DNA from: Octopus bimaculoides
Taxonomy: Eukaryota
Reading direction: 5' to 3'
Length of the DNA stretch: 64,000 bases
Assembly: GCF_001194135.2 (NCBI RefSeq)
Contig: NC_068989.1
Location: 11,937,484-12,001,483 of the forward strand
This document shows positions 10,011 through 22,692 of the stretch, one piece after another. A program made the translations under genes and the position numbers. Numbering within the stretch: position 1 is the first letter of the stretch; every line of letters starts with the position of its first letter. Below the pieces are notes generated by a model. It had not been told where the DNA came from. It ran no database searches and saw nothing but the letters and a program-made list of their open reading frames with translations.

Positions 10011-11707
10011 ACATTTCTTTTGAGTTGTAGCTATTTAACTACAGGAAGACCCAAATTTATATTACTTGATGTTTCATAAGTGCAAAACATGTTCCTATTA
10101 ATAGATGTATAAAGGCCGAGTGAAGAAAAATCGAAAGAAATTTTAATGTTTTTTTCTAGATGAGAATATATGGAGCTCTGTTATTCAGTTTGGCATACGT
10201 AGGTACTTTGGCTTGGCAGCGACAGCAATTCTTTCATTATATGCTCCGACAAAATGCAGCGGACAAAATGTTTGCATCATGCGTGAGCAGACAGTCTTAG
10301 AGTGGTCTTCCGGTGTTATTGGCGGCAGATGATCTGAAGTTTATTATCAGTGACTATCTTTGTTGATAATAGTAGGACTAATAATAGGATATATCATTTT
10401 TTTTTCAGTTGACCGATAGTGCAAACTGTTGCATTATATACAGATTATCATGGAGGTAGAATTAGCAATTGCAAACTCTAAGTGAATAAGGATTGACCTT
10501 GTAAAGGATGCTCCAAAAGTCTCTACCTGAAGCGGATTAAATTGGTGGGATTTTCTACACCAGAAAAGCCATGGAAGTTCTAACCTGAAACCATTGACTA
10601 TTATGTCTGTGTAGTCTTATGTGATTTCGTAGGAAGATGTGGCGGTGGCTCTTTACAGGGAATAACTTTTGAAAGACAGTCTCCTCTAATTTGGGAGTGG
10701 GCAAAATTTGGGGAATATACTTGGTGATAGAGAGTGTAGACTCTGCGGGTACATTTTTGTTTTTATTGTAGCATCCAACGACGGAAGCAATATTAACTAA
10801 GCATGACTAGCTTACGTTGTTATCCATAAACAGTGACGTAATACACACATTCGAGGAGTTCTATAGGTCTGACGTCCGTATCTTACATAGAGCAGTATCG
10901 CCCAAGGGAAGAACCGAGAATTGAACTGTGCAGTAAGTAGATTCATTGAGGCCACCTTAGTTGTGAAATACGGTACAGCTTGTAATATGGCTTTAATAAA
11001 CGTCATTAGATTTATGTCAAATGTTGGGAAAGTGTTCTTTTTCAGCTGTTTATATATCACTTCTGCTTGTTTAATTGATCTTTTTAGTGTCAAGAATGAA
11101 ACAAAATTGAAATCAGAACTGACGAAAATCATCTACAGAGGTCATATTGTATCCTGGGCTCTAGATTTCACATTTTATCAAAGGGTACAGAGATAACTTT
11201 GTAACCTTTGATAAAATTTGTTTCAGAGGCCCTGTTTAGAAAAATATATACACTTGGAATGAGGACTATTGAATTTGTAAATTGTTATCAATACGAGTAT
11301 TTCTTTTCTCTATTCGACATATAGATTACTGAACCTTGGGAAGGGTATTATGCCGGTAATACAAATACGAACATATATATTATACTATACCATTTATTGT
11401 TTTTTTTTCTCATGGCTTTAAAAATAACGTTTTTTCGTTTCATTAGGTTAGGTAGTCTTCATGTTCCTTGTACATTGCGAGTTCAATGAGGTTGACTTCC
11501 ATATTTAACATCTACAAAATGATTAATTTATTACAGGTGGAAATGACTGAAGGAAAGAACAGTACGACAATGAGACAGGTGTTATAACATGCAGGTGAGT
11601 ATGTACCAATCGTATATATGAACATCGTTCAAATACTTGTCTAGGATGTTCGTGTGTGAAATAAACAGCTCTGTCTGAGATGCATAACAATTTATTTTGA
11701 TGTTGGT

Positions 11708-11921
11708 ATTATTGGTTTCAAACATTGGTACAAGGCCAATAATTACGGTGATGGGTATAAGACACCGGTCCTACTGCACAATTACTATTTATGTTAGGGG
11801 CCCCGAAAGAACAAAATACAAAGTCGATCTCGGCAGAATTTGAACTCGGAATGTAAAGCCAGACGAAATGTCACTGAGTATTTTACACGACTTGCTAATG
11901 ATTCTGCCTGCTCACCGCCCT
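11708..11921 (-). mobile_element. SINE family D, diverged full length
   Basis: ATTATTGGTTTCAAAC tail, CCCCGAAAG...AAAGTCGATCTCGGCAGAATTTGAACTC body, head CTCACCGCC. Confidence 0.85.
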
Positions 11922-13879
11922 GAATATGGGGAAATGAATTACAGCTGTGTAAAGATTAAGAAATGAAACGGCATTGAAGGTTATGTGAAGTGACTAGGGC
12001 GTATTCGTAGTAGTAATATTGTTGTCTTGGTTAATGAGACTGTTTCCTCAAGACTTCATTCGATGTTTTTAAGTTTATTGTTTCATTGAAGTAGTACTAA
12101 TCTAGCTTGTATAATGTGTCTAGCTTGTATGAAGATTGTGCAAATAAGCGGGAGATTATGGAGAACTGCGGTTGATTAGATGCAACATCAAGTAGATTAT
12201 TAATTTACAAAAGAAATACAGAGAAGGATTTAGGATGAAGAAGATGGTAGAAATAACCTGAATAAAAGTGATGTTGTATGTTGTAACATCAATACTTTCT
12301 CTCAACGTATTATAGATACTGACGAGCAACGTAAATGAAGAGGAAGTNNNNNNNNNNNNNNNNNNNNNNNNNNNNNNNNNNNNNNNNNNNNNNNNNNNNN
12401 NNNNNNNNNNNNNNNNNNNNNNNNNNNNNNNNNNNNNNNNNNNNNNNNNNNNNNNNNNNNNNNNNNNNNNNNNNNNNNNNNNNNNNNNNNNNNNNNNNNN
12501 NNNNNNNNNNNNNNNNNNNNNNNNNNNNNNNNNNNNNNNNNNNNNNNNNNNNNNNNNNNNNNNNNNNNNNNNNNNNNNNNNNNNNNNNNNNNNNNNNNNN
12601 NNNNNNNNNNNNNNNNNNNNNNNNNNNNNNNNNNNNNNNNNNNNNNNNNNNNNNNNNNNNNNNNNNNNNNNNNNNNNNNNNNNNNNNNNNNNNNNNNNNN
12701 NNNNNNNNNNNNNNNNNNNNNNNNNNNNNNNNNNNNNNNNNNNNNNNNNNNNNNNNNNNNNNNNNNNNNNNNNNNNNNNNNNNNNNNNNNNNNNNNNNNN
12801 NNNNNNNNNNNNNNNNNNNNNNNNNNNNNNNNNNNNNNNNNNNNNNNNNNNNNNNNNNNNNNNNNNNNNNNNNNNNNNNNNNNNNNNNNNNNNNNNNNNN
12901 NNNNNNNNNNNNNNNNNNNNNNNNNNNNNNNNNNNNNNNNNNNNNNNNNNNNNNNNNNNNNNNNNNNNNNNNNNNNNNNNNNNNNNNNNNNNNNNNNCTT
13001 ACCAACGTCTTGTCTATACATTTTTTATGAGATAAAAATATAACGCAAAGCATAATCTTTATAAACATTTGGTATAAATGATAGCTTAATGCATCATGAC
13101 ACATCGAAGTCTTAACTCAAAGACAAAACGCTGTGAAAATTGATAGTCTTTAGTTTGATGTCAAAATAAAGCAACTTAACGCCTTTGATGTTTTGTCAAT
13201 TGGCGAGAAAATAACATGAATAATCATGCTATTTTATTTTAAGTTATCTTCAATAGTTTTCTCATTGGTTTTCTTTCAGCTTCATGATTTGAGTGATTTA
13301 GTAGATATTATATTTTGATACATTGTCTGCATGTGTTGCCTTACTTTGTTTAAGCCATTACGAATTAATGATAACTAGACGTTTTGACAATGGTGCTGAT
13401 GTTAGCGACTAATATACTGAGACCGCTGTCCAAAAGGATAAAATGTCTGACGTGTGAAATTGCCCGTGAGGAGGAAAATAATTTTCGTAGATACGTTTAG
13501 TGACGTATAATAAGTAAATAAATGTGTATAAAAATATGTACACGAACACATATATTGAGAGAGAAGCACACAAAATTACACACACATATATTTGATAGAT
13601 ATATATTCATAGATGTTAGTGTGTATAATTTGCGTGCGTGTATGTATAGACACTTGTATGAAACGTATTCTCATGATATGTATGTAAATGAACACGCACG
13701 CACACACACACTCACACACACTATCTATCTATACACACACACATATATATATATATGTTATGTACATATATATATATTATATATATATTAAACCCACGCG
13801 CACACACACACATATATAGACATACACACACACGAATGCCAGCACACATTTTTTGATATATACTTTACTATATGTTATA

Positions 13880-13913
13880 TACATGTGTATGTATCTATGT
13901 ATGTATATATCTG

Positions 13914-13948
<35 letters not shown>

Positions 13949-14043
13949 ATATATATATATATATTATGATTGACCGTTGACTGAACACTATTCAATNNNN
14001 NNNNNNATATATATATATATCAGTATATCTATCTATCTATCAG

Positions 14044-14095
<52 letters not shown>

Positions 14096-14100
14096 CATAC
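13880..14100. repeat. (TATC)n/(TA)n microsatellite
   Basis: Visible. Confidence 0.95.
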
Positions 14101-14114
14101 ACACACATATTCAA

Positions 14115-14323
14115 TTCTTTTATTCTTTAACTTGCTTCAGTCATTTGACTGCGGCCATACGGAAGCAACGTCTTTGGTCGGGCGTATCGATCCCAGGACT
14201 TATTTTTTGTAAGCCTAGTACTCATTCTATCGGGTTCTTTTGCCGAACTGCTATGTTACGGGGACGTAAACACACTAACATCGGTTGTCAGGCAATGGCG
14301 GAGGGCGACAAACACAGACACAA

Positions 14324-14375
<52 letters not shown>

Positions 14376-14535
14376 GACGGGCTTCTTTCAGTTTCCAACC
14401 ACCAAAGCCACTCACAAGGCTTTGGCTGGTCCGAGGCTATAGTAGAAGAGACTTGCCCGAGGTGCCATGCAGTGGGACTGAACTCGGAACCACGTGGTTG
14501 GTAAGGAGTCTACTTACCACACAGTCACTCCTATG
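14115..14535 (-). mobile_element. tRNA-derived SINE family C, full length with internal CA/TA microsatellite
   Basis: Minus: GTGACTGTGTGG A-box, GAGTTCAGTCCC B-box, AAACTGAAAGAAGCCCGTCG, 3' GGCCGCAGTCAAATGACTGAAGCAAG. Collinear with 30162-30545. Confidence 0.9.
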
Positions 14536-14578
14536 TTATGTATATATATTTTATATTTATATATATTACACACACACA

Positions 14579-14621
<43 letters not shown>

Positions 14622-15499
14622 GCACATATTAATTTTGGCACTTGGGCATAGCGACACTAATAACCTGGTGTTGGAACTCAATATACTTGCGCTTCTGAAT
14701 TGCATAATTTCCGGTTCTTTTGTCATATATCTAATTTCACGCATACATACACATACATACACACTCACACACTGACATATACGAATATATATACCCATGT
14801 GTGTGTTTGTGTGTGTGTGAGGTGGGGGGGGGGGAAGAATATATATATATAGCGGCGCTCTGAGTTCAAACACTGCCGATATCAACTTTCCCTTTCATCT
14901 TTCACAATCGCAATATGCCAATCCACCGGCCTTGTTCGATATTATATTTATCGATTCCGAACTGATGTTGCGTCTTTTTGGTTACAGAGAGTTGTGAAAA
15001 ACGCCGATGCCCATCTCTATAGAGTATCTTTTATATATTTATTTATTGGTGGTCAGTGGTTAGTACAGTATTTAAGAAATGGAGGTTTGCAATGAAAACC
15101 TTACCCCACCCAAATTTTCATCTCGCAGGCCCGCACTTTGGACATTAATTTATCTGGTAAGATATATATATATATATATTTCGTTTTTGACTCTCTCCAG
15201 ACACAATTATGCAAAAGTGTCGTAAGTACAAACCGTTGCTTTATCAGGAAGCGAGAAAAGTCTCACCATTCCATAGCAAAACAGTTGAACTACACTTTGA
15301 CAATTTTTTATATCTTGACATCTGAAGCAGCTGGAGATACGATAGTTTGACCAAAAGAATCGGCTATTGCAAGCAAAAATAAATATTGAAAAATGCACAT
15401 TAGGCTAAATTTGAACATACGACAGTTTAACATAATAACAGTAACACACACACACACACATTTCTTAATCACGTGTTCCATGGCGCCAGATATACGTGG

Positions 15500-15780
15500 G
15501 TACATAGACATGATTTAGTGGCAGACATCTGAAATTTTCTTTAATCTAATTTCAATGACATCCACCCTTATTTGATCTCTAACATGCTGTATATCATAAT
15601 TCTCTACAAGTGAAAAGATCTCACTAGTAACTTCAATTGTAAGCATTTCAGGAGAGGCAGAATATCGTAGATTCCACTCCAACTCTACCTTCAAACATTG
15701 AATAATGACCACTTTACTACTACTGCCGTGCTGTACTAACACCATACGTATGGTTGTACTAAATAAAACATATATACTTA
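15500..15780 (-). pseudogene. possible highly degenerate RTE LINE C-terminal fragment
   Basis: LFSTTIRMVLVQHGS...LEWN...QIRVDVIEIRLKKISDVCH weakly resembles the RTE LYxxCVRxxMLxGSE...LERN...LRWxGH region. Judged by eye only. Confidence 0.3.
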
Positions 15781-16679
15781 CAGTAATGTCATTTTATATT
15801 GTGCACTAGTAGCGTATGAAAAACTTTTTTTCTTTCTACAATTACAGCAATATTAAATAATCTCTAGGCTAGCTTTAATGTAACAAAATTTCGGCATAAA
15901 CAAACGCATCCGCCTCATATTAGCCTATTTGCGTTCGATTTAATAAACTTTCGGTACCAACGTGTATACTTTACTCCTCTTAATCAATAAAATTGAGGAA
16001 GTCCTATACGTTTATGTCTATTTATACATATACGTGTGTGTATCGATCCATTTTCCATTGATTCATTCTCTCTGCCTTTCCTCTCTGATTCCTCTTTCCC
16101 GTATATATTTTTTTCTCTCTTTGTCTCTCTGTCCATCGTGTGTTACTAGCGACTGACCCAATGTTTCTCCTTTTTTTTTTTTACACTCTCTATCGTTCTA
16201 AGCTTGTGTATCTGTTACGTAAGCCATCTCTGCCATCTATCTACACAGTTTATTCAACCCACACATAGAAAATAAATCACACAGAGAAAACAACGATTTC
16301 TCAAAATGTTTCTCGTAATTTCTCGAATGTTATCGTCATGATTTCATGATAACGCCTTATATCCTAACCTTTTCAACTGAAACCGTGATACCTGATAAAT
16401 GTTCATCTTTCACCGAAGCCTTTTCACCTGTAGCTGTTTATTCTGTCGAATCCACCTGCATAATATCCCATTGGCTTTCACTTTTCCTTCTTATTCTTTC
16501 TTTCGTTCTTTCTTTCAAAATCTCTTCTTCCTTTCTTCCTTCCCACCTTCCTTTCTTTCCTTTCCTCTTTTGTTTCCTTCTTCCTTTCTCTCTTTCTCGC
16601 TTTCTTTCTGCCTTTGATATGTTCCAATTCAAGAGACAAGGGTAAAGAATCTCTCTTCAATTCTACATTGCAAGGAATA

Positions 16680-17060
16680 GAATACGAAAGATCAAAAGGA
16701 AATCGGTAGAATGGTTTGACATTTAGAAGCAATGTAGACATTTCCGATCGTTTATATAAAATGTTGGCATTTGTGGAAAGGAAATTAGGATTGGGAAGTA
16801 TGTAGACTTTCTTGTCTTAGTTTTGCCGTTGTATTTCCAATAGTTTTCTGGATAGATTTACCATTGTGAAATATTGTATCCGTAGATAACAACTTGGTCG
16901 ATTTAATAAAGGATTTCATTACGGTCTAAGAAATACGGCAACACATATGGTGTTAAATATGGCAGGACGCATTGGATATGATGCATTAGATAAACTATGA
17001 CACAGTGGATACATTACTTCTCAATAAAAGATGGGAAGGCCATCGCAGACCTTGAAACTT
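16680..17060 (+). pseudogene. possible ancient CR1/L2-type LINE thumb-region remnant
   Basis: GLTFRSNVDISDRLYKMLAFVER resembles LTFxSHIDxIxxKAYRMLGFIKR; the remainder has stops. Confidence 0.3.
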
Positions 17061-18200
17061 AATAACGGCCTATTAAATAGTTATATTCAAACTCAAACGC
17101 TTCCAATTGTGCGTATGTGTGTGTATGGATACATATGCGCACAAACATATGTAGGTGTGTATATGTATTCACATACACACATACACACATACATACATAC
17201 ATACATACATACATACATACATACATACATGCATACATGTACATATATATAGGGAACATTAGGGAGACCAAATTTTAGAAGTCGTTTCGGAAATGCAACG
17301 GACGTGTTTGCAGAGAGATCAGTTCTCGCTAATTCTTCAAGACAAAGTACGTAGGCTGCGTTGCCAAATTTAGGGCGCTGCTCTAAATCACGAAGGAATG
17401 AAAGCTATTTGATAAACCCGAATGGAGCAGGCTGACTTAGCAACAAAACCACTATTCTGCCTTTGGGGGATCACAACGGGTGGCGGATAAGAGCGCAGGA
17501 TGAAGAATTTCAGGGCCTAACTCAACTGACTGTTGTGACTTTCGGCTAGGGAGGCGGTGACCTGTGAAAAACTGATGACAAACCCGGAGATACGTGAACG
17601 ATGGTTGGCTGCACGGGGTCAAATCGTCTGATGTGAATGGTCTGCCCTATGAAGTTTATGTTTCTAAGCTAGACTAGTTTCGAGACCTCTTGCCAGAAAA
17701 CTGACTGCAGAAGGGGAAAATTCCCCGTTCTGTGATTCAAGAAGTGGCACCAACTGACAACGGACCCAGACAAGGAGGATCGCATTGATATGTTTTGGCC
17801 CAAAACTCTGACCAACGCAGATTGCAAAACTGTCGTTGATGACCTGACTGGTGTTGTGCAATTGTGCGCTATACCGAACAGACCTGGCCACAACAGCCAC
17901 CATCTCATGCGACTATTCATAGAGATTGAGATTTTTGTTTCTTTATTACTACTATTTTACGCTTTATGTAAGCCATCATTATATCGTTCTGTATCGTCCT
18001 TGATGTTTTGTGAACCCTTAGTAGTTAAAAAAAAAAACGTTATAATTTTAAATGAAATTATTCGTAATGATCGACCCGACCATTTCACTCACGACAGATT
18101 ATCAAACGTTTCATAAATTATCGCTAACGAAACATTTAGAAATATTATCTTGAATCCTATACTAGGTAGTAGTTCCGAATCAAGAACTAACTTTATGCAC

Positions 18201-18202
<2 letters not shown>

Positions 18203-18231
<29 letters not shown>

Positions 18232-18258
18232 TGTATGTATGTATGTATGTATGTATGT
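18203..18258. repeat. (TATG)n microsatellite
   Basis: Visible. Confidence 0.95.
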
Positions 18259-18928
18259 ACATGCTGTTCAATTTTAGTGTTATTAAATACTAGAATCTAA
18301 CGAAAATGATTTACTACAAGACGCTGCTTACGGTAAACCACAGCGAGTGGTTCCTACATAAGAGAACCTAGGTCTTTTAGCTACAATCAAATAAAACGCA
18401 GTACCACTGTGAAAGTATTTTACTCTTTGTTGTTTGGTATCTTAGCTCTATATCATTTCACTCTGTCGCTGTCTCTGTCGGTCTCTTACTCTTATGATTA
18501 TACATGAGTAGAAGTGAGACTGCCTACAGCTAAACTAGAGTCTTTTATCAGCTCAGATATCGATTGATGTTTCCCCGCTAATACATAATTGTTGATACAT
18601 GAGAGCTCTGGGAACGTAGCTGTGTTAAATTGTACATAAATCGCTTAAGTTGTAAATTTATAAAAATCATTTTTTACCGTTATTTTTGTTCTTGTCGTTG
18701 TTGTTGTCATCTAATTCTCAGATGAACCTGCTCGAACAGATCTTTGATCAAACGCTTTCCAGCCACTACCAACCTATTGATAGTTATTCATGCTTAACAT
18801 ACTTTTGATGATATTATCTAATCTGTCGTTTGTAAAGACGATAGTGTTTAGTTTAAGGAAAATTCGTCCGCTATTACTAGTGTGCAATCACGAAATGCTT
18901 CTCTCTTCAGCTTATCGATGTTACTAAG

Positions 18929-19555
18929 CCATTTTTCATCTCCAGTCACAAGTTGTTTAAATAAAGGTATACTTTCATTCCGTTTCAAAAGCATATCACA
19001 AACAAAATACCGGTCCAAGCAATTCTTTTCTGAGAGTTTGTGAGGGGCCCATACATTATAGCGAGAAATGTATCCTAGCTTCACTAGGTGTTAATGAGCC
19101 GTACTTTTAGAAACTTCCAACCCCTCTGCAAGCTCTGTAGACGTGGTATTTGAGTTTTCTTCGATTTTTGCCCTCAAACAACTGCATCCAACTTTGAAGA
19201 CCTGTCATCTTCAAAAGCTAAACACTCCAGCTTTAAATTTTGCAAACCACCTATGAACAGTTGATTCACCTACAGCATCATCGACATAAACTTCAGAAAT
19301 GTTATTGCAAGTCATTGCAGCATTTTCTCCTTTTTTTAAAAAAAGAAAAGCATTACAACGCGAATATGAAATTTTTGGTTATCCATTTCAAATGCCAATA
19401 AAGGGTAACTGGAACGAAAAGTAAATCTATTTTTAGTAAGGAACAAAGAAGAGATGCACTACCACTTCAAGCAACGCCTAAACGTTTCAGGTGCATTTCA
19501 ATGAAGCATTAAAAGATTTAGCTTAAAAACGCTCAGAACTTTCCGGACAACCTAA
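18929..19555 (-). mobile_element. mariner transposon, 5' half (TIR plus N-terminal transposase pseudogene)
   Basis: TIR-like TTAGGTTGTCCGGAAAGTTCTGAGCG at 19555-19530. ATG at 19386: MDNQKFHIRVVMLFFF..KGENAA...STVHRWFAKFKAG...KLGYISRYNVWAPHKL...LLKRNESIPLFKQLVTGDEKW, then homology stops. Confidence 0.92.
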
Positions 19556-19619
19556 CACACACACACACACGCACACACACACACACATATATATATATAG
19601 GGAGAAAGAAAAAGAGGAA

Positions 19620-19845
19620 GCAAGTCCGTCTTCAGACAAACAACTCCTACAGCAGAGGGTGCATACATACGTCACCGACGGACTTCCACAAAATTTCTGC
19701 ACCACATTCACCCATAAGGCATCCCTCGACACGAGGTTATATGAGAAACACTTGCCAAAAGTGCTACAGAGTCGAGGAGACGAGACCGAACCCGAAACCC
19801 CGTGGCTGCAAAGTGAGTTTCTTAACCACCCAGCCATGTCTATTT
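19620..19845 (-). mobile_element. older C-related SINE (C') 5' portion
   Basis: Minus: ATGGCTGGGTGGTTAAGAAACTCAC...GGGTTCGG...GGCAAGTGTTTCTCATATAACCTCG...GGAAGTCCGTCG, parallel to family C. Confidence 0.7.
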
Positions 19846-20470
19846 AATTTCAGTTTGACATTCAAATTTTCATTCAAATTTACATTCAAATATCCATTTC
19901 TGTTTTTCTTTTCGCTGTGACCATCGGAATGATCTAGCAAAGAAGTAACACAACAGAGGAGTTTAACACATAATTAAATTCCTATATTCCTGCTACATTT
20001 TTAGCCTTTTAATCGCTTAATTCTACTAAATTTTATCCGAAATCCTAAGCCATCAGCGGCAATGAATATTTATTAACTTGGCCTCCGTCGACCCCTATTG
20101 TAATATTTCCGTTTGAAAAATGAAAATGAAATTGGAATACTGTCATTAAATCTGAAAAAAAAAAAAATTCGCATTTTACATTTTTCTCTACTAATTTCTA
20201 TTTTTAAATCAATTTTATTCTTTATGAAATAAATTTATCGTTTTTATTAATTATCGTTTTTTGTTTTATTTCTCTAAAAATAATTTTCTTTCATAAAAAC
20301 GAGATTATTGGAAAAATTATTAAATACGATTAAAGAATATAAAAGCTTTTCTAATTTAAATTTAAACATATTTCTTTTAATTAATGGCTTTACTAAATTA
20401 TTACGGAACGCAACCACACTGACATAAATGCAGCATATGGAGAACAATAAAAATATCATTCCTGTGTATA

Positions 20471-20668
20471 ATTATGGCTGCAAATGTTGGCGCAAGGCCA
20501 GCAAATTTCACAGGAAGGTTATGTCGGTTACATTGACCTCGGTGTTCAACTGGTGCTTATTTTATCGACCCCGGAACATATAATAGGCGATATCGACCTA
20601 GGCGGAATTCGAACTGAGAACATAGAGAGCTGGAAGAAATGCTAGTAGGCATTTTCGCAGCTCACTAC
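20471..20668 (-). mobile_element. SINE family D, diverged, with 12-bp TSD
   Basis: TTCCTGTGTATA at 20459-20470 and 20669-20680; D body TTATCGACCCCGG...GGCGGAATTCGAACTGAGAAC. Confidence 0.85.
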
Positions 20669-20683
20669 TTCCTGTGTATATTT

Positions 20684-20927
20684 GTTCCTCCCCCGAGTCA
20701 TATAGACTAATAGAGCTGTTTTCCAGGTTTCCACGGCGTATATCTTCCCCGTTTGGACTGGACGCCGGTCCATTGCAGGATTACTCATTTTTGCCAGCTG
20801 AGTGGACTGGAGCAAGGTGAAATGAAGTGTTTTGCTCAAGAACACAACGCGTCGCCCGGTCCAGGAATCGAAATCGCAATCTTACGATCATGAGTTCGAC
20901 ACCCCTTACCACTCAGCCACGCACCTA
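20684..20927 (-). mobile_element. tRNA-derived SINE family B (A-type head and core, different tail), 13-bp TSD
   Basis: CCTGTGTATATTT at 20671-20683 and 20928-20940. Head GTGGCTGAGTGG...TTTCGATTCCTGGACCGGGC, core shared with family A. Confidence 0.85.
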
Positions 20928-20969
20928 CCTGTGTATATTTATCGTCAAAATATACTGTATAATAATCTA

Positions 20970-21340
20970 GTTCAAGGGTCGACGAAGTGGGGAAAATTAC
21001 CCCAAGTGGGGGTAAAAACGAAATTTTCGGGGGGTAATGAGGACTCATTAGATATAAGTAAAATTATATAAGACACATGTTCCCCGTTATCTATGATTTT
21101 CTTTATTTGGAATCAAGGGGGAAACGTCGGCGCAAATAAATATATTTTGGGGCAATTGGTTAAAAAATTGGCATTTCTCCTATAACCTCGGTTCGAGGGA
21201 TGCCTTATGAGTGAATGTGGTGCAGAAATTGGTTAAAAAATTGGGGTGATTGGTTAAAATAGTCTAGATTTTAGTTGATTCATACGCAATTGAAAATACA
21301 AGTTCTAAAAATCTGTATGGTCCAGCACTTTTAGCGATAG
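20970..21340 (+). mobile_element. possible hAT-derived MITE remnant
   Basis: Begins CAAGGGTCGACGAAGTGGGGAAAATTACCCC, resembling hAT/Charlie-type MITE ends; right end not resolved. Confidence 0.3.
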
Positions 21341-22467
21341 TATCCTTAAATGTTTCTTCATATTCTGGTAAAAAACAAGACACGCCATCTATAGGCAGTT
21401 ACATAAATAGCTAAGGAAAACTTACAGACAACATGTTTGCTTGTAATATGCTTGAAACTAATTTAAATATGTAATCTTTGTTAGCGTAACCTTGTCAATG
21501 CTGATTGTTTCTGATATAGGAATAAGGTTACATGAAATTAGGTATTTTATTAACCCAGGAAAGGTGAAGGATAAAGTCGATCGCGGGGTGGGATTTGAAT
21601 GAACTGCATAGTAAGTCGTGGCTAAATGCAATACATCTTTCGTTATGTCTTGAGAGAGTCATCACACAGAGCTTGGTGAGATAAGGGGAAGTCACTATGT
21701 CACTGAAAACGTCATGCACGACAACGAAAGAATTTTCATTAACAAACAATCGATTGATTGTTTGACCGGCGCAATAAAACAAACGATCGATTAGATAGTT
21801 GGTTAGATATTTAACCAATTTACTGACAATAAAAAAGTGGTATTGAACCAGTAGGTGTGTTATTTCTTTCTTTATTGGCCACAGGAATGGGGGCAAACGT
21901 AGAGGAAAAAAAAACACAAAGAGAGACGAAGAGATGAAGTCATACATTTGAAAGTCAGTGAGGATTACTTAATACAGTTTTGAAGTGTAAATGTGATTTT
22001 TAAAAAAAAGTTTTCAAGAAAATGTTATGAAATCTTTTACCAGGATGTTACTAACTTTTGTCGGGAAGAAGTTTTCTAGTGTGTGACCGCTTTCGTTTAG
22101 CCATTCAAACACACGTACTCTTAAAGAAGAAGTTGTTATTCTTGTAGTATTGATATTGTTATTTCCGTTTTATTTTCAGACTTATGGTTTTAGTCATAAA
22201 TATTCTTCTCCCAATTGTTTATTATATGGAGCGTTGGCTATTTTCGGTTTAATCTCGAATTTAGAAGTCTTGTACATGTCAAGGAAACAAGAAATTTTAT
22301 AATGAATTTCATTAGCTTACAGATATTTCTGCTATAAGATGTAATGCACTCATATTTGAGTGTTTGTATATCACGAGCATCATGTATCTATAAAATAGTA
22401 TTAAACTAACGAAATTCATTATATATTTTCTTATTCCTTTGTCGTTTATATAATCTCTCCGACCTCA

Positions 22468-22692
22468 AGGATAGAGGGGACAAACAGAGATAGAGGGGAC
22501 AAACAAGGACAGATAAAGGGATTAAGTCGATTACATCGACCCCAGTGCGCAACTGGTGCTTAATTTATCGACCCCGAAAGAATGAAAGGCAAAGTTGACC
22601 TCGGCGGAATTTGAACTCAGTACGTAAAGACAGACGAAATACTACTAAGCATTTCGCCCAGCGTGGTAACGTTTCTGCCAGCTCACTGCTCT
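22468..22692 (-). mobile_element. SINE family D (tail type 2), young
   Basis: GGGACAAACAAGGACAGATAAAGGGATTAAGTCGATTACATCGACCCCAG... through CTGCCAGCTC; 16-bp local duplication at 22471-22505. Confidence 0.92.

Noticed and set aside
10812-11196. Overlapping 91-106 aa ORFs
   Set aside because: No recognisable motifs; such lengths are plausible by chance in a 64-kb window.
19692-21230. 1.5-kb DNA transposon bounded by about 55-bp inverted repeats
   Set aside because: The left arm is internal to a C' SINE and the right arm is a fragment of the same SINE; there is no TSD or transposase between them.
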